The notes: generated by a model not told the origin, from the letters alone. Counted from the first letter of the stretch, positions 50,001 through 61,338 are shown. The stretch: DNA of 64,000 nucleotides from Candidatus Cloacimonadota bacterium (GCA_037441405.1 JBBISI010000004.1:25417-89416), one strand, 5' to 3'. Numbers and translations are program-made.

Positions 50001-50366
50001 AGGAACTTTCCTCCCTTGACGATCGTCCAGATCGATCTCGAGTTGGGCGTCGAATCCGGCAGAAACACCGTTAATGATGACACCTATGACCTCCACATCA
50101 TCGGTCTTAGACCCTCGATCCGATCCACTATCATGCAAAAATACCGCATCCATTCGTCACTATATCTTTCAAGAGTCGAGCGCAGAGGTTCATCTTTCCT
50201 GCAGTTCATGCCGGATAAACGACAGGGTTATCATGCCAATTGGAATCTCAGCACTCATTACCGCCTCAACAACTTCTCTTCCTTATCGGCAGAATACAGC
50301 GGCAATAGTTTTCCAAAAGCCCAAACCCAGCACCAGTTAAAACTCGAATTCAAGGCGGAGATCTGA
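47052..50366 (+). CDS. Large (1104 aa) hypothetical protein, probably an outer-membrane beta-barrel
   Basis: GTG start 3 nt after the previous stop and a signal-like N-terminus. The C-terminal two-thirds is rich in alternating Y/S/N/R beta-strand-like segments. No family recognised. Confidence 0.6.
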   Translation: MVRIRLNTGIQWVILIMSIVLIMPGQLHSKDLFIRDLIPVDIHTTTYRLSASPIMKYSETIYADSILLYPPHDYQISYLEGIITVRDGLRSVYLIAEYTLIPDHLLSDHYRYQSFAWDQLPTNLPRMAPWFMFPEDGKLTLSGIKTFALTLSDDQAVDIKQSLLLNLSGELSPNVIVEARLSDNQSKLSPEGDTRELSSLDEVYFKVFGRGYELALGDLEWGFRDTRFINYHTKFEGINVWYNDLHAAQFAYSANNGKTSLQKLNIVDGKQGPYYLRATGFQQNFIVIAGSERIHLDGNLLERGTDYSIDYAEGSIMFRRLVSSTNSVYVRFQYSDEYYKQTMFLNSSEIRLAEKLRLRHSMIVQKDDKNSPLQYNFSTADIDSLRTAGDNVVWGQGVFEVEPGTGMYRRLFNDDGIAYYDYAPGDSTAIYLIYFSYVGQGLGDYEEFYSGRFRYVGMGLGRWLPQKCLIPPVLRSNNGLRLSYQSEYWETAVEALYSTNDKSTLSKLDDGDNDSIMFYASGRWKPDHDVIRPIVDLDFESRAAHSFLFADDTNRELDYDLYQLEPTDSLAFYQFRSSVALGTWFNWTPKFMVRYRKVRGYMESQTYRFLSRSTQGKHYPAFDLRNTISLQDYSDGSISRIQFHQANSSWNYRALLLRLSYLYDSIKYHNRNSNSGSRFIRFSPMIGWSARGAWHSQFTYTHDQSDKLAADWQTNRTSYTFSLNQLISTQLHQLNLDASRKIIDTVDLSEPAADADRSAGRNSFDLIRFRSYHNLLKNALTLLANYQLNNSEFFPRIRELEYIGSGMGLYDSTGVYNHNGDYDYTYITSETGILSTEIHTQINLYLKPSFISRSAFLRRINSDVMISATEQNSKRNDWKILLYLPQSVFNDSTTIYGRQAFQQTLWLDLITGKVTANAQFGFTRSLDQRYQSYSRSTSRQTSLEMELRQFRNHSYRVRFDHDLDTDTRYNSEIDRSDFSVQTQRNFPPLTIVQIDLELGVESGRNTVNDDTYDLHIIGLRPSIRSTIMQKYRIHSSLYLSRVERRGSSFLQFMPDKRQGYHANWNLSTHYRLNNFSSLSAEYSGNSFPKAQTQHQLKLEFKAEI

Positions 50367-50380
50367 TAACCACTCATCTG

Positions 50381-51148
50381 TTGCATATCAGTTACTTCGA
50401 TTTTGGGATGGTGCTCGCTTTTATTTTTCTTGCCGGATTCATCGATTCCATTGCCGGGGGTGGCGGCTTGATCTCGCTTCCGGCATATTGGGCAGCGGGA
50501 CTCCCCCCCCATCAAGCATTAGCAACTAACAAGTTTTCGTCGGTATGGGGAACTGCTGTCAGCACGACCAACTACTTTCATGCCAATATGATTGAGGTAC
50601 CGGTGGCGCTGGTAAGCGCCGTATATGCTTTGCTTGGGTCATGGCTGGGAACGATGAGCGTCCTATTAGTATCATCAGCGTTTTTGAACTATTTCCTCAT
50701 CGTATTGATCCCCTCGATCGCTGTATTGACTCTTATACGAAAGAGATTCGGTCAGACAAACAGATCCGGCTCGATAGATATCGTCACCCGGGTCTGCATT
50801 GGATCCTATGCCGGCTTTGCGATCGGGTTTTATGACGGCTTTTTCGGACCAGGAACGGGCACCTTTCTGATAATCATCTATGCCGGTCTCCTACATTATG
50901 ATCTGAGGATGGCAAATGGTAATACCAAGGTGGTCAATCTCGCATCCAATCTTGCTGCCGTCATCACCTTTGCCAATGCCAGCAAGATCTATTATCCTCT
51001 GGCTATACCAGCGGCGGCCTGTGGTATCGCTGGCAACCTTCTGGGATCACGATTGGTGGTCCGCAAGGGCAATAATCTAATCCGCAGGATCTTTTTCCTG
51101 GTGCTTATCCTCCTCTTTGCCAGAGTGCTGATCAAACTTAATTATTGA
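50381..51148 (+). CDS. TauE/SafE (TSUP) family anion exporter
   Basis: FLAGFIDSIAGGGGLISLPAY and a second internal repeat half (FYDGFFGPGTGTFLI). Confidence 0.85.
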   Translation: MHISYFDFGMVLAFIFLAGFIDSIAGGGGLISLPAYWAAGLPPHQALATNKFSSVWGTAVSTTNYFHANMIEVPVALVSAVYALLGSWLGTMSVLLVSSAFLNYFLIVLIPSIAVLTLIRKRFGQTNRSGSIDIVTRVCIGSYAGFAIGFYDGFFGPGTGTFLIIIYAGLLHYDLRMANGNTKVVNLASNLAAVITFANASKIYYPLAIPAAACGIAGNLLGSRLVVRKGNNLIRRIFFLVLILLFARVLIKLNY

Positions 51149-51300
51149 TAACATTGATTACACTATCGATTGTGATCATAGGTCCCTATCCCCGCTGCCA
51201 CCCTGCCGCTTATCTCAAAGCGACGTTATTATGTTAGTGCCGTATCTGTAGGGGCTATGCGATACTTTGGCGACGACAGATCCGTCAGCGAAATCAGAAT

Positions 51301-51616
51301 GACGTTATGCATACTGGAATCACTATATTTCGAGACCGTGAAAAAACGATATTGACTCTCTTTCTAGCGCAACTCATAACTACTGAGGATTATGTCTGGT
51401 AGGTAATTTGGATACTCGTTGATTCAACCGCTCTGAGTTATTCAACGGTCTGAAGAAGGTTTAGATTCAAGCGGTATAGTGCTTTCTCCTGAGTTCTCCC
51501 TGCTTTATAACCTTAGTATAACCTTACGTTCGTAAGGTTATACTAAGGTTATACTAAGGTTATCAAGCAAGGAGGAATAATTTTAAATCAGGTCTCTGAA
51601 TTCTTCAACGGTCTTT
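51301..51616 (+). repeat. Foldback element copy 6, long form (core 51496-51576, centre GTTC)
   Basis: Collinear with 38268-38583, including ATACTGGAATCAC, the internal segment, the core, and the right end CTCTGAATTCTTCAACGGTCTTT. Confidence 0.85.
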
Positions 51617-51830
51617 CAGATAATTCTTGTCATAAATCAGGATTTGATATTTTATGGTCTGCGATTATCGCCTGATCGGGTCGTTCAATTCATGATGCAT
51701 GTCAGAGATCTGCGATGACGCACAGTGATAATGGTAGTTAACATGACCGCAATAACATGACCAGGAATGGGAGCAATAGATGCGAAATATGGATGCGAGC
51801 GACGCCCGTAACGGCATGATAGGAGAGACC

Positions 51831-52622
51831 ATGATACACGAGATAACGACTATAGCCAGTTTTGATAACCTGTTTGAGGCGGAACTTGCCAAAGGGCTGT
51901 TGATGGAAAACGGGATCGAAGCAACACTTGAAAATAAATTGATGATGGGCATATATCCCTCGTTTGCCTGGGATATGAAGTCCTTGAAACTCAATGTGCG
52001 CGAGTGTGACCGGGATCAGGCACTCCAACTGCTTAGGGGCAATGACGATGCTGACTTCACCCATAAGCTGTTAGTAGCCGAAAATGCCATTCTGGAAGGA
52101 CATTTCAAACTAACCTCTGGTAGGCATAGCGCCACATATATCGAGAAGATCCGTATCCTGCAAAACCCCCAGGCGGTGAAGTCCCTGTCCAGAAGATTAG
52201 TGGAACGCCTGAAAGGTCTGGAGTTCGATGCGGTTGTCGGTCCTGCCTATGGAGGTATTGTTCTGGCTTATGAACTTGCCCGTCAACTGGAAAAACCATT
52301 CCTCTTTACTCAACGAAAAGACGATCAAATGGTCATTCGCAGCGGATTTGACACATCCAGTATCCATAAAGTCCTGATCATGGAGGACATCGTTACCACC
52401 GGCGGAAGCATCAGAGATGTGATCGAATGCCTGCAAAAAGAAAGCATCGCAGTCCAAGCCATCGGCGCCATTGTTGATCGCTCCGGCGGCAAAATTGATT
52501 TTGGATTTCCTTGTGAAGTGTTGCTCACGCTGGAGATCCCATCCTGGGAACCGGAAGAATGTGATGCCTGCCGTCAGGGAATAAAATTGACCATCCCCGG
52601 TAGAAGCAATAAGAACACGTAA
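51831..52622 (+). CDS. pyrE: Orotate phosphoribosyltransferase fused to an N-terminal DUF2007-like domain
   Basis: AGGAG precedes the ATG at 51831. The N-terminal ~80 aa (MIHEITTIASFDNLFEAELAKGLLMENGIEATLE...) is followed by a PRTase with PRPP loop VLIMEDIVTTGGS. Confidence 0.8.
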   Translation: MIHEITTIASFDNLFEAELAKGLLMENGIEATLENKLMMGIYPSFAWDMKSLKLNVRECDRDQALQLLRGNDDADFTHKLLVAENAILEGHFKLTSGRHSATYIEKIRILQNPQAVKSLSRRLVERLKGLEFDAVVGPAYGGIVLAYELARQLEKPFLFTQRKDDQMVIRSGFDTSSIHKVLIMEDIVTTGGSIRDVIECLQKESIAVQAIGAIVDRSGGKIDFGFPCEVLLTLEIPSWEPEECDACRQGIKLTIPGRSNKNT

Positions 52623-52629
52623 TCAACAA

Positions 52630-53949
52630 ATGTCTGCCCGATCCCCGCTCTTCATCTTCATGTCATTCTCCGGCGCAGAGAGCCGATTGATGGGAAAAGT
52701 CCTTAAGTTTTTTCGCTTTGCTCCTGGATACTCATATCTTCATCTGGGAGAAGACCCCGAAATAATGAGTGGCTCTATTCCCAAGCCCATAAGCCATGTC
52801 TCCCAGGCAGGGGATCCGGGATTTTATCGCATGAATATGGATGATTTTCCCATCTCAGATGCCATTGCCGCTCTAATGCTCGAATATAAATCCATAGCCA
52901 TTATCTCGGTCACTTCTGAAACGCACACCCAAGTGCGGCTTATTACGGACAAAATGGTTGGATCGAATCAGGAATCTGAAAAATCCGGAGAGGTATATGC
53001 GGCTACACCTACGAATTCAGCAAGTATACAGACCTTTCTTTTGTGTAGTGTAAACGAATCGATCGAACCGGTCATGATATTCAGACGATGGTCTGATCTG
53101 CATTATCGCTTGATAAATAAATCAAAACTCTTGATGAATTCTACCTCTGACTCCTCATGCACTTTGGACGATGTCGCCTTATCCGGGAAAGCCCCACCAT
53201 ATTCCATGTTTGCCACCTTGTATGACCGCTATATGTCACATGTCAATTATGACCACTGGATCAAGAGTGTCCTTGCATGGTATCAGGCATACGCCGATTT
53301 GCCTTTGTCTTCGATCTATGAATTGGCATGCGGTACCGCAAACATCGGCAGCCGTTTTGTGGCGATGGGATATCACGTCGAAGCATCCGACTTCTCTCCT
53401 TATATGTTGATGGTTGCTGATGAAAAACCATCCAAACCCTTGTTGAGTTGTCAGGATATGCTCGATCCCTTGCCCGAAAGCCGATTTACTCTGATCCTGT
53501 GTATGTTTGACAGCTTAAACTACCTGACCGATGATAAAGATGTAAACTCCCTGTTGAATAATGTGCATCGGTCACTTGTGACAGGGGGGCTCTTTGTGTT
53601 CGATATCTCGACACGGAAAAATAGTTTGGACAACTTCAATGATATGGTAAACATAAGCGATACACTCCGGGATTTCCTTGTTCACAAATCTCATTATAAT
53701 GAGTTTAACCGGGAACAGATAACCCGTCTAACGCTTTTCCATAAGCAGGATGATTACTATATCCGCTATGATGAAAAACACACGCAACGGGTCTATACCA
53801 ATGCCGAGATCTGTGCCATCATCGCCAAATCTCCTATGAAACTATTGGCAATACATAGTTTGAATAGTCCACAGAACTACCTCGGTAAACGGAAGAGATC
53901 CATAGACCAGGAGCATACCCGTCTCTTTTACATCCTGCAAAAACAATGA
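52630..53949 (+). CDS. Class I SAM-dependent methyltransferase with an uncharacterised ~190-aa N-terminal domain
   Basis: C-terminal half has motif I IYELACGTANIG, then HVEASDFS and FTLILCMFDSLNYL. The N-terminal half is not recognised. Confidence 0.7.
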   Translation: MSARSPLFIFMSFSGAESRLMGKVLKFFRFAPGYSYLHLGEDPEIMSGSIPKPISHVSQAGDPGFYRMNMDDFPISDAIAALMLEYKSIAIISVTSETHTQVRLITDKMVGSNQESEKSGEVYAATPTNSASIQTFLLCSVNESIEPVMIFRRWSDLHYRLINKSKLLMNSTSDSSCTLDDVALSGKAPPYSMFATLYDRYMSHVNYDHWIKSVLAWYQAYADLPLSSIYELACGTANIGSRFVAMGYHVEASDFSPYMLMVADEKPSKPLLSCQDMLDPLPESRFTLILCMFDSLNYLTDDKDVNSLLNNVHRSLVTGGLFVFDISTRKNSLDNFNDMVNISDTLRDFLVHKSHYNEFNREQITRLTLFHKQDDYYIRYDEKHTQRVYTNAEICAIIAKSPMKLLAIHSLNSPQNYLGKRKRSIDQEHTRLFYILQKQ

Positions 53950-54551
53950 ACGACACACTTTATCAGGCTGACCGGTTGCTCTTACCCCGCTTCAGAATTC
54001 TTGCCGGAGTGGATGAAGCTGGACGGGGACCATTAGCCGGTCCGGTTGTGACCGCAGCGGTGGTCCTGGATTATTCCCAGCCCTTGTCCGGTATGAATGA
54101 CAGCAAAATACTAAGCGTTAAACAAAGAGAAAACCTGTTTGATTCGATTACCCGCAGTGCGCTTTCCTATTCCATCGCCATTATAGATCCCGCTATGATC
54201 GACACACTCAATATTCTGCAGGCGACCTTGGTGGGAATGAGGCACGCGTTGGAAGGACTGAGTATTGCTCCTGACCTCGTTTTGATCGATGGTAATATCT
54301 GCCCTGCTGGTCTCAAAGGATTATCCTGGGCGATCATCAAAGGCGATGCCATTCATGCCTGTGTCGCAGCGGCATCGATTGTTGCCAAGGTAACCAGAGA
54401 CCGCCTGATGCTCGATCTTCATGCCATGTATCCCGATTACGGTTTTGATAAACACAAGGGATATCCGACCCAGGAACACCTCGCAGCACTGCGAAAATAC
54501 GGTGTAAGTCCCATTCACCGGAGAAGTTTTAAACCTGTATGCGATATGTGA
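53946..54551 (+). CDS. rnhB: Ribonuclease HII
   Basis: AGVDEAGRGPLAGPVV, DSKILS, ASIVAKVTRD, GYPT. Confidence 0.93.
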   Translation: MNDTLYQADRLLLPRFRILAGVDEAGRGPLAGPVVTAAVVLDYSQPLSGMNDSKILSVKQRENLFDSITRSALSYSIAIIDPAMIDTLNILQATLVGMRHALEGLSIAPDLVLIDGNICPAGLKGLSWAIIKGDAIHACVAAASIVAKVTRDRLMLDLHAMYPDYGFDKHKGYPTQEHLAALRKYGVSPIHRRSFKPVCDM

Positions 54552-54650
54552 ATGAGCTCTCCGCTGCCAATACCTGGAAATTGAAGTTGACAATCCAGCC
54601 TTATTTCCAAGTATGGCCGTGATATGTAGATTGACAAAGGATGATGATAA

Positions 54651-55865
54651 ATGAACTCCACGCCGGGAGGCGAAAGATTGATCATAACCTTACTGGGAGT
54701 CCGGAACAGTGGTAAATCCAGTTTGATAAATGCCCTTACCGGACAAGAAATCGCCATTGTGTCCGACACTCCTGGCACGACTACCGATCCGGTGAATAAG
54801 CGTTATGAATTGATCCCCATCGGACCGGTAACCTTCTATGATACCGGCGGGATCGATGATATCGGCGAACTGGGTGATAAGCGGGTACAAGCGACAAATA
54901 AGGTCCTATACCGAACTGATCTTGCGCTGTTTCTTAATCCCAATACGCCGATCAGCGAATCTGAGATCGATTTGATCAAGCGTCTCCAGGATATGAAAAT
55001 CCCGTTCTTAATGGTGTTCAATAAATGCGATATCACCTCTTTATTGCAATCAAATATCGATCTCTGCCGACAGCTCAGCATCCCATGGTGCAATGTCTCA
55101 GCTACAAGTGGGGAAGGTATAGATCGCTGTAAGGCCATGATCATCCAGATGGCTCCTACTAACCTCAAGGAAAATAAGATCCTAGTGGGCGATATCGTAT
55201 CTGCCAGTGATCATGTCATACTTGTTACTCCCATCGATCTTTCTGCTCCAAAAGGCAGATTGATCCTGCCCCAAGTCCAGGTATTGCGTGACCTATTAGA
55301 TCATAACGCTATCGTTACTGTCGTCCAGGTGCCAGAACTTGCCGCTGCCACCCGTTTGCTGAAGCAAACTCCCAAACTTGCCATTACTGATTCCCAGGTA
55401 ATTGGGACTGTAGCATCCATTGTTCCTGATGAGATCGGACTCACCACCTTTTCCATCCTCTTTGCCCGTTATAAGGGCGATTTGAACGCTTTGTATCGCG
55501 GGGCAAATCACATTGACAAACTGCAGGATGGAGACCGGATACTGATTGCCGAGGCATGTTCACATCACGTGAAAGCCGATGATATCGGACGCTACAAACT
55601 TCCTGCCTGGTTAAAGATGCATACCGGAAAGAAACTCATATTCGAAGTGTATTCCGGACATGATCTTCCGGAAAAACTGGAGGACTTTGCTCTGATCATC
55701 CATTGCGGCGGATGCATGATCAATGCCACGGAATTCAATCAACGCATCCAGGAAGCAGAACGGCGCAAGGTTCCCATCACCAATTACGGCTTGACCATCT
55801 GCAAAGTTCACAACGTGATGGGACGTTGTATGAAGCCACTTTTACACAGTGTAAGGAGTCAGTAA
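54651..55865 (+). CDS. hydF: [FeFe]-hydrogenase H-cluster maturation GTPase HydF
   Basis: GTPase G1 GVRNSGKSSLINAL and DTPG/DTGG motifs. The C-terminal cluster signature CSHH ... HCGGC (CxHx46-53HCxxC) is diagnostic for HydF. Confidence 0.88.
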   Translation: MNSTPGGERLIITLLGVRNSGKSSLINALTGQEIAIVSDTPGTTTDPVNKRYELIPIGPVTFYDTGGIDDIGELGDKRVQATNKVLYRTDLALFLNPNTPISESEIDLIKRLQDMKIPFLMVFNKCDITSLLQSNIDLCRQLSIPWCNVSATSGEGIDRCKAMIIQMAPTNLKENKILVGDIVSASDHVILVTPIDLSAPKGRLILPQVQVLRDLLDHNAIVTVVQVPELAAATRLLKQTPKLAITDSQVIGTVASIVPDEIGLTTFSILFARYKGDLNALYRGANHIDKLQDGDRILIAEACSHHVKADDIGRYKLPAWLKMHTGKKLIFEVYSGHDLPEKLEDFALIIHCGGCMINATEFNQRIQEAERRKVPITNYGLTICKVHNVMGRCMKPLLHSVRSQ

Positions 55866-56662
55866 TGTTTCGCGTGGCGCTTGTTCAATTTGCCCCCCGG
55901 CTCAAGGAAATGGATTACAACCTGGAGCGGATGCAGGAACTCGGAGAAAGGACTTATGCCGATCTCATCGTTTATCCCGAACTCTGCACCACCGGTTATG
56001 TCTTTACCAATTCAGACGAGTTATACCAGGTAAGCGAATCACCTGCCGATAGTTTGTGTATCATGGAAATGAAAGAATTTGCCCTGGAGCGCAATTGCTC
56101 CCTCGTCTTTGGTTTCGCTGAACGGGATGCGGACAAGGCGTACAATTCCAGTGCTTTGATCAATCCTGATGGTTCTGTCCATATCTACCGCAAGATCCAT
56201 CTCTTCAGCCGGGAAAAACTGATCTTCTCCCCGGGCGATGGAAAGTTTTCCGTTTATGAGGCAAAGAACGGTGTCAGGATAGGGATGATGATTTGCTTTG
56301 ACTGGCAATTCCCCGAAGCAATGCGGACGCTTGCCCTCAAAGGCGCCCAGATCATCTGCCATCCAGCAAATCTGGTGTTGCCCTGGTGTCAGCGTGCCAT
56401 GACTACCCGTTCCTTGGAAAACCGCGTGTTTTCGATCACCGCCAATCGCGTCGGAAAAGAGCTCAATGGCAAATTTGGCGAGACTTTTACCGGAATGAGC
56501 CAGATCTTGAATACCAAGGGCGAAATCCTTGGCCAGTTAAATGAACAAGAGGAAAACTGGTTGGCAATTGACATTGACCCGGAAATCGCCGATGATAAGA
56601 CCGTGACCGAATTGAACAATGCCTTTGCTGACCGTCGTCCGGAGTTCTACGAACTCGGTTAG
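55865..56662 (+). CDS. Carbon-nitrogen hydrolase family protein
   Basis: The ATG at 55865 overlaps the hydF stop (TAATG). MFRVALVQFAP..., Glu in YPEL, Lys in YRKIHLF, Cys in MMICFDWQFPE. Confidence 0.85.
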   Translation: MFRVALVQFAPRLKEMDYNLERMQELGERTYADLIVYPELCTTGYVFTNSDELYQVSESPADSLCIMEMKEFALERNCSLVFGFAERDADKAYNSSALINPDGSVHIYRKIHLFSREKLIFSPGDGKFSVYEAKNGVRIGMMICFDWQFPEAMRTLALKGAQIICHPANLVLPWCQRAMTTRSLENRVFSITANRVGKELNGKFGETFTGMSQILNTKGEILGQLNEQEENWLAIDIDPEIADDKTVTELNNAFADRRPEFYELG

Positions 56663-58654
<1,992 letters not shown>

Positions 58655-58655
58655 T

Positions 58656-59969
58656 ATGGGCATCCTCAAGCGTTATGTCCTCAAGGAGCATCTGGCGCCT
58701 TTTATGATCTCCCTGGCGGTGGTTACGTTTATCCTTTTGACCGATCGGATCATTGACCTGCTCAATACCATCATAGAGAAGAAACTGGACATTGGCACGA
58801 TAGTGAATCTGTTTGCGCTATCCCTACCTTTTATGCTGGCGCTATCGATTCCAATGGCGGTCTTGGTCGCCACCATCCTTGCTTTTGGCAGGATGACGGT
58901 GGATCGAGAGGTGCTTGCCATTAAATCCGGTGGTATCAACGTTTATCGCATGATCACGCCTCTGCTGATCGCCGCTTTTGCCCTGACCGGATTGATGATC
59001 TACTTCAATCACTGGTTTTTACCCGAGTCCAATCACAAACTCAAGAACCTGATGGTCAGGATCGCCTATTATAAGCCGATGACTGCCATCAAAGCGGGTG
59101 AATACACCCACCTGATGGATTATACCGTATTCGTTCGTGAAAACAACGAATCCGAATTGCGCGACATCCTGATCTATGACCGCTCGCAGACCCGTTTCCC
59201 GCAAACCGTTATCGCAAAAAGCGGCCATATCATACAGATGGACAAGGGCAATAGTATGCAGATCACCCTCAATCAAGGGGAGATGCATGTCCGCAATGAA
59301 AAGGAAAAGGACAAGTATCAGGTGCGCGAGTTTGATTCGTATGTAATAAACCTGCGCAATTTGGGAACAACTTTGGATACTTTCGAGACCGGATACCGCA
59401 GCGACCGTGAAATGAGCATCCATCAGTTACTCTCTGACATTCAAAAAAATAAGACCGAACTCGCCAAACACCGGATCGAGAGCGATAATCTCGCCCAACG
59501 TTTGCACGCACTGGGCACAGGTAACGATTCCGAACGCCGTAGATTTCTTGTTATGAAACAGATCAGCGATGACCGGATCAAAGAACTGGACATCTGCATT
59601 CGTTCCTTGCAGGTGGAATATCACAAGAAATTTGCTCTCTCCTTTGCCGTTATCATCTTTGTCCTGATCGGCATCCCGCTGGGATTGATGACCCGTAGCA
59701 GCGGGATCGGCATGGCTTTTTCCGTTTCTGCGCTCATTTTCCTGATCTATTACGTAGCGCTCAATGCGGGTGAACAAATTGCTGACCGGGGATATATGTC
59801 ACCCTTTATTGCTATGTGGATGTCCAATTTCGTTTTCCTTGCTCTGACGATCGTCCTGATCATCGCCTCCATTAATGAAAAACGAATCATCGACCTGCAC
59901 CGCCTCAGTTGGCGAATTTCCCACCTGAAAGTGCGTAAGATGGATATCCCGGACGAAGTGCTCCATTAA
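58656..59969 (+). CDS. lptF: LptF/LptG family LPS export permease
   Basis: ILKRYVLKEHLAPFMISLAVVTFILL N-terminus, six TM segments and a periplasmic beta-jellyroll insert. Paired with a paralog downstream. Confidence 0.8.
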   Translation: MGILKRYVLKEHLAPFMISLAVVTFILLTDRIIDLLNTIIEKKLDIGTIVNLFALSLPFMLALSIPMAVLVATILAFGRMTVDREVLAIKSGGINVYRMITPLLIAAFALTGLMIYFNHWFLPESNHKLKNLMVRIAYYKPMTAIKAGEYTHLMDYTVFVRENNESELRDILIYDRSQTRFPQTVIAKSGHIIQMDKGNSMQITLNQGEMHVRNEKEKDKYQVREFDSYVINLRNLGTTLDTFETGYRSDREMSIHQLLSDIQKNKTELAKHRIESDNLAQRLHALGTGNDSERRRFLVMKQISDDRIKELDICIRSLQVEYHKKFALSFAVIIFVLIGIPLGLMTRSSGIGMAFSVSALIFLIYYVALNAGEQIADRGYMSPFIAMWMSNFVFLALTIVLIIASINEKRIIDLHRLSWRISHLKVRKMDIPDEVLH

Positions 59970-59979
59970 GGGTCAGATC

Positions 59980-61068
59980 ATGCGTATCCTCGATAAACAC
60001 ATCATCCGCGAATTTCTGAAGACCTATCTGATCATCTTTTTCTCTTTTGCTGTCGTCTTTATTGTCATTGATATCGTTGATCATCTTCCCCGCCTTCTGC
60101 GGAATAGCGCAACCTTCCAGCAAGCGACCATGTATTATCTCCTGCGTCTCCCATATCTTTTGGTGCTAACGTCGCCGGTGACGGTTTTACTCAGCGGTCT
60201 TTTTATGATGAACGGGCTGTCCAAACATAACGAAAGCGTGGCTATCCGCGCTGCCGGAGTGAGCATCAAACGGGCTATGCTGCCGCTATTTGTGATCGGT
60301 TTGATCATCAGTATCGGTATAGGTTTGGTGGGAGAATATCTGCTCCCCTATGCCGAATCACAAAGGGATTATGTCTTCCGCGTCCAGATCAAAGGCGAAC
60401 AGCCCGATGACCAAATGCTCAAAGCACGAGTCCATTTCCAAGGATCGGACAATAAGTTCTTCTATATCGGATTTTTTGACGGTTATAAGAATACCATGCG
60501 CATCATAGACATCACCAAACTCGATTTTCAGTCCGGCGAGATATGCAAAAAGATCACCGCCTCTTCAGCGATCTGGCAGGATGATCAATGGCTACTCCAG
60601 GATTGTGAGGTTAGGGAATTCGCAGATGGAATCCAAACCTCTTGGCAGTATCATCCCAATATCGTCGTCCCGGAATTGGATGTGCGGCCCCGCGATTTTG
60701 TCCGGATCACCAAAAAAACACTCGCCCTCAGTTTTGTGGAACTGCGCGATTACATCCGGAGTTTGGAAAAACTTGGCGATGATTCCAGCCGTGAAATCGT
60801 TGATCTGCATATCAAACTTTCCTTTCCCCTGACCAACCTGATCGTTATCTTCTTCTTCCTACCCATTGCCACCAGCAATACCCGCAGCAAAGGTAGGGGC
60901 TGGATCTTCATGCTTGGTCTGCTCGTTTGTTTCCTCTATCTGATCGTAATGCGCGTCAGCCAGAGTTTGGGTTACAACGCCATCCTGCCCCCCGTTCTCG
61001 CTGCCTGGGCACCCAATGCCTTTTTTACTCTCTTGGGATTTGCCTTTCTCTACAAATCCGAGATATGA
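59980..61068 (+). CDS. lptG: LptF/LptG family LPS export permease
   Basis: MRILDKHIIREFLKTYLIIFFSF... YjgP/YjgQ architecture. Confidence 0.8.
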   Translation: MRILDKHIIREFLKTYLIIFFSFAVVFIVIDIVDHLPRLLRNSATFQQATMYYLLRLPYLLVLTSPVTVLLSGLFMMNGLSKHNESVAIRAAGVSIKRAMLPLFVIGLIISIGIGLVGEYLLPYAESQRDYVFRVQIKGEQPDDQMLKARVHFQGSDNKFFYIGFFDGYKNTMRIIDITKLDFQSGEICKKITASSAIWQDDQWLLQDCEVREFADGIQTSWQYHPNIVVPELDVRPRDFVRITKKTLALSFVELRDYIRSLEKLGDDSSREIVDLHIKLSFPLTNLIVIFFFLPIATSNTRSKGRGWIFMLGLLVCFLYLIVMRVSQSLGYNAILPPVLAAWAPNAFFTLLGFAFLYKSEI

Positions 61069-61088
61069 TGTTTTGCCTACTCCTGCCT

Positions 61089-61160
61089 GCTCCATAACCT
61101 TAGTATAACCTTACGGCCGTAAGGTTATACTAAGGTTATACTAAGGTTATCAAGCAAGGA
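61089..61160 (+). repeat. Foldback element copy 7 (2+3, centre GGCC)
   Basis: Sequence is CTCCATAACCTTAGTATAACCTTAC-GGCC-GTAAGGTTATACTAAGGTTATACTAAGGTTATCAAGCAAGGAG. It starts 21 nt after the lptG stop, between convergent genes. Confidence 0.9.
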
Positions 61161-61338
61161 GAAGAGTGTCGCTCTTTGTGGATACTTGCCTGATCTAATC
61201 CTCGGGTCAATCTCAAGACCGCTTCGAGTACTCGGGATAATCTCGTAGCGAGCCTGAGGAAAAAGTGGGATCAAGCATTAAGCGACCAGCCCCGGCAATG
61301 TATCCGGGGCCGGGCTGACACTGAAATATGGGTTATTC

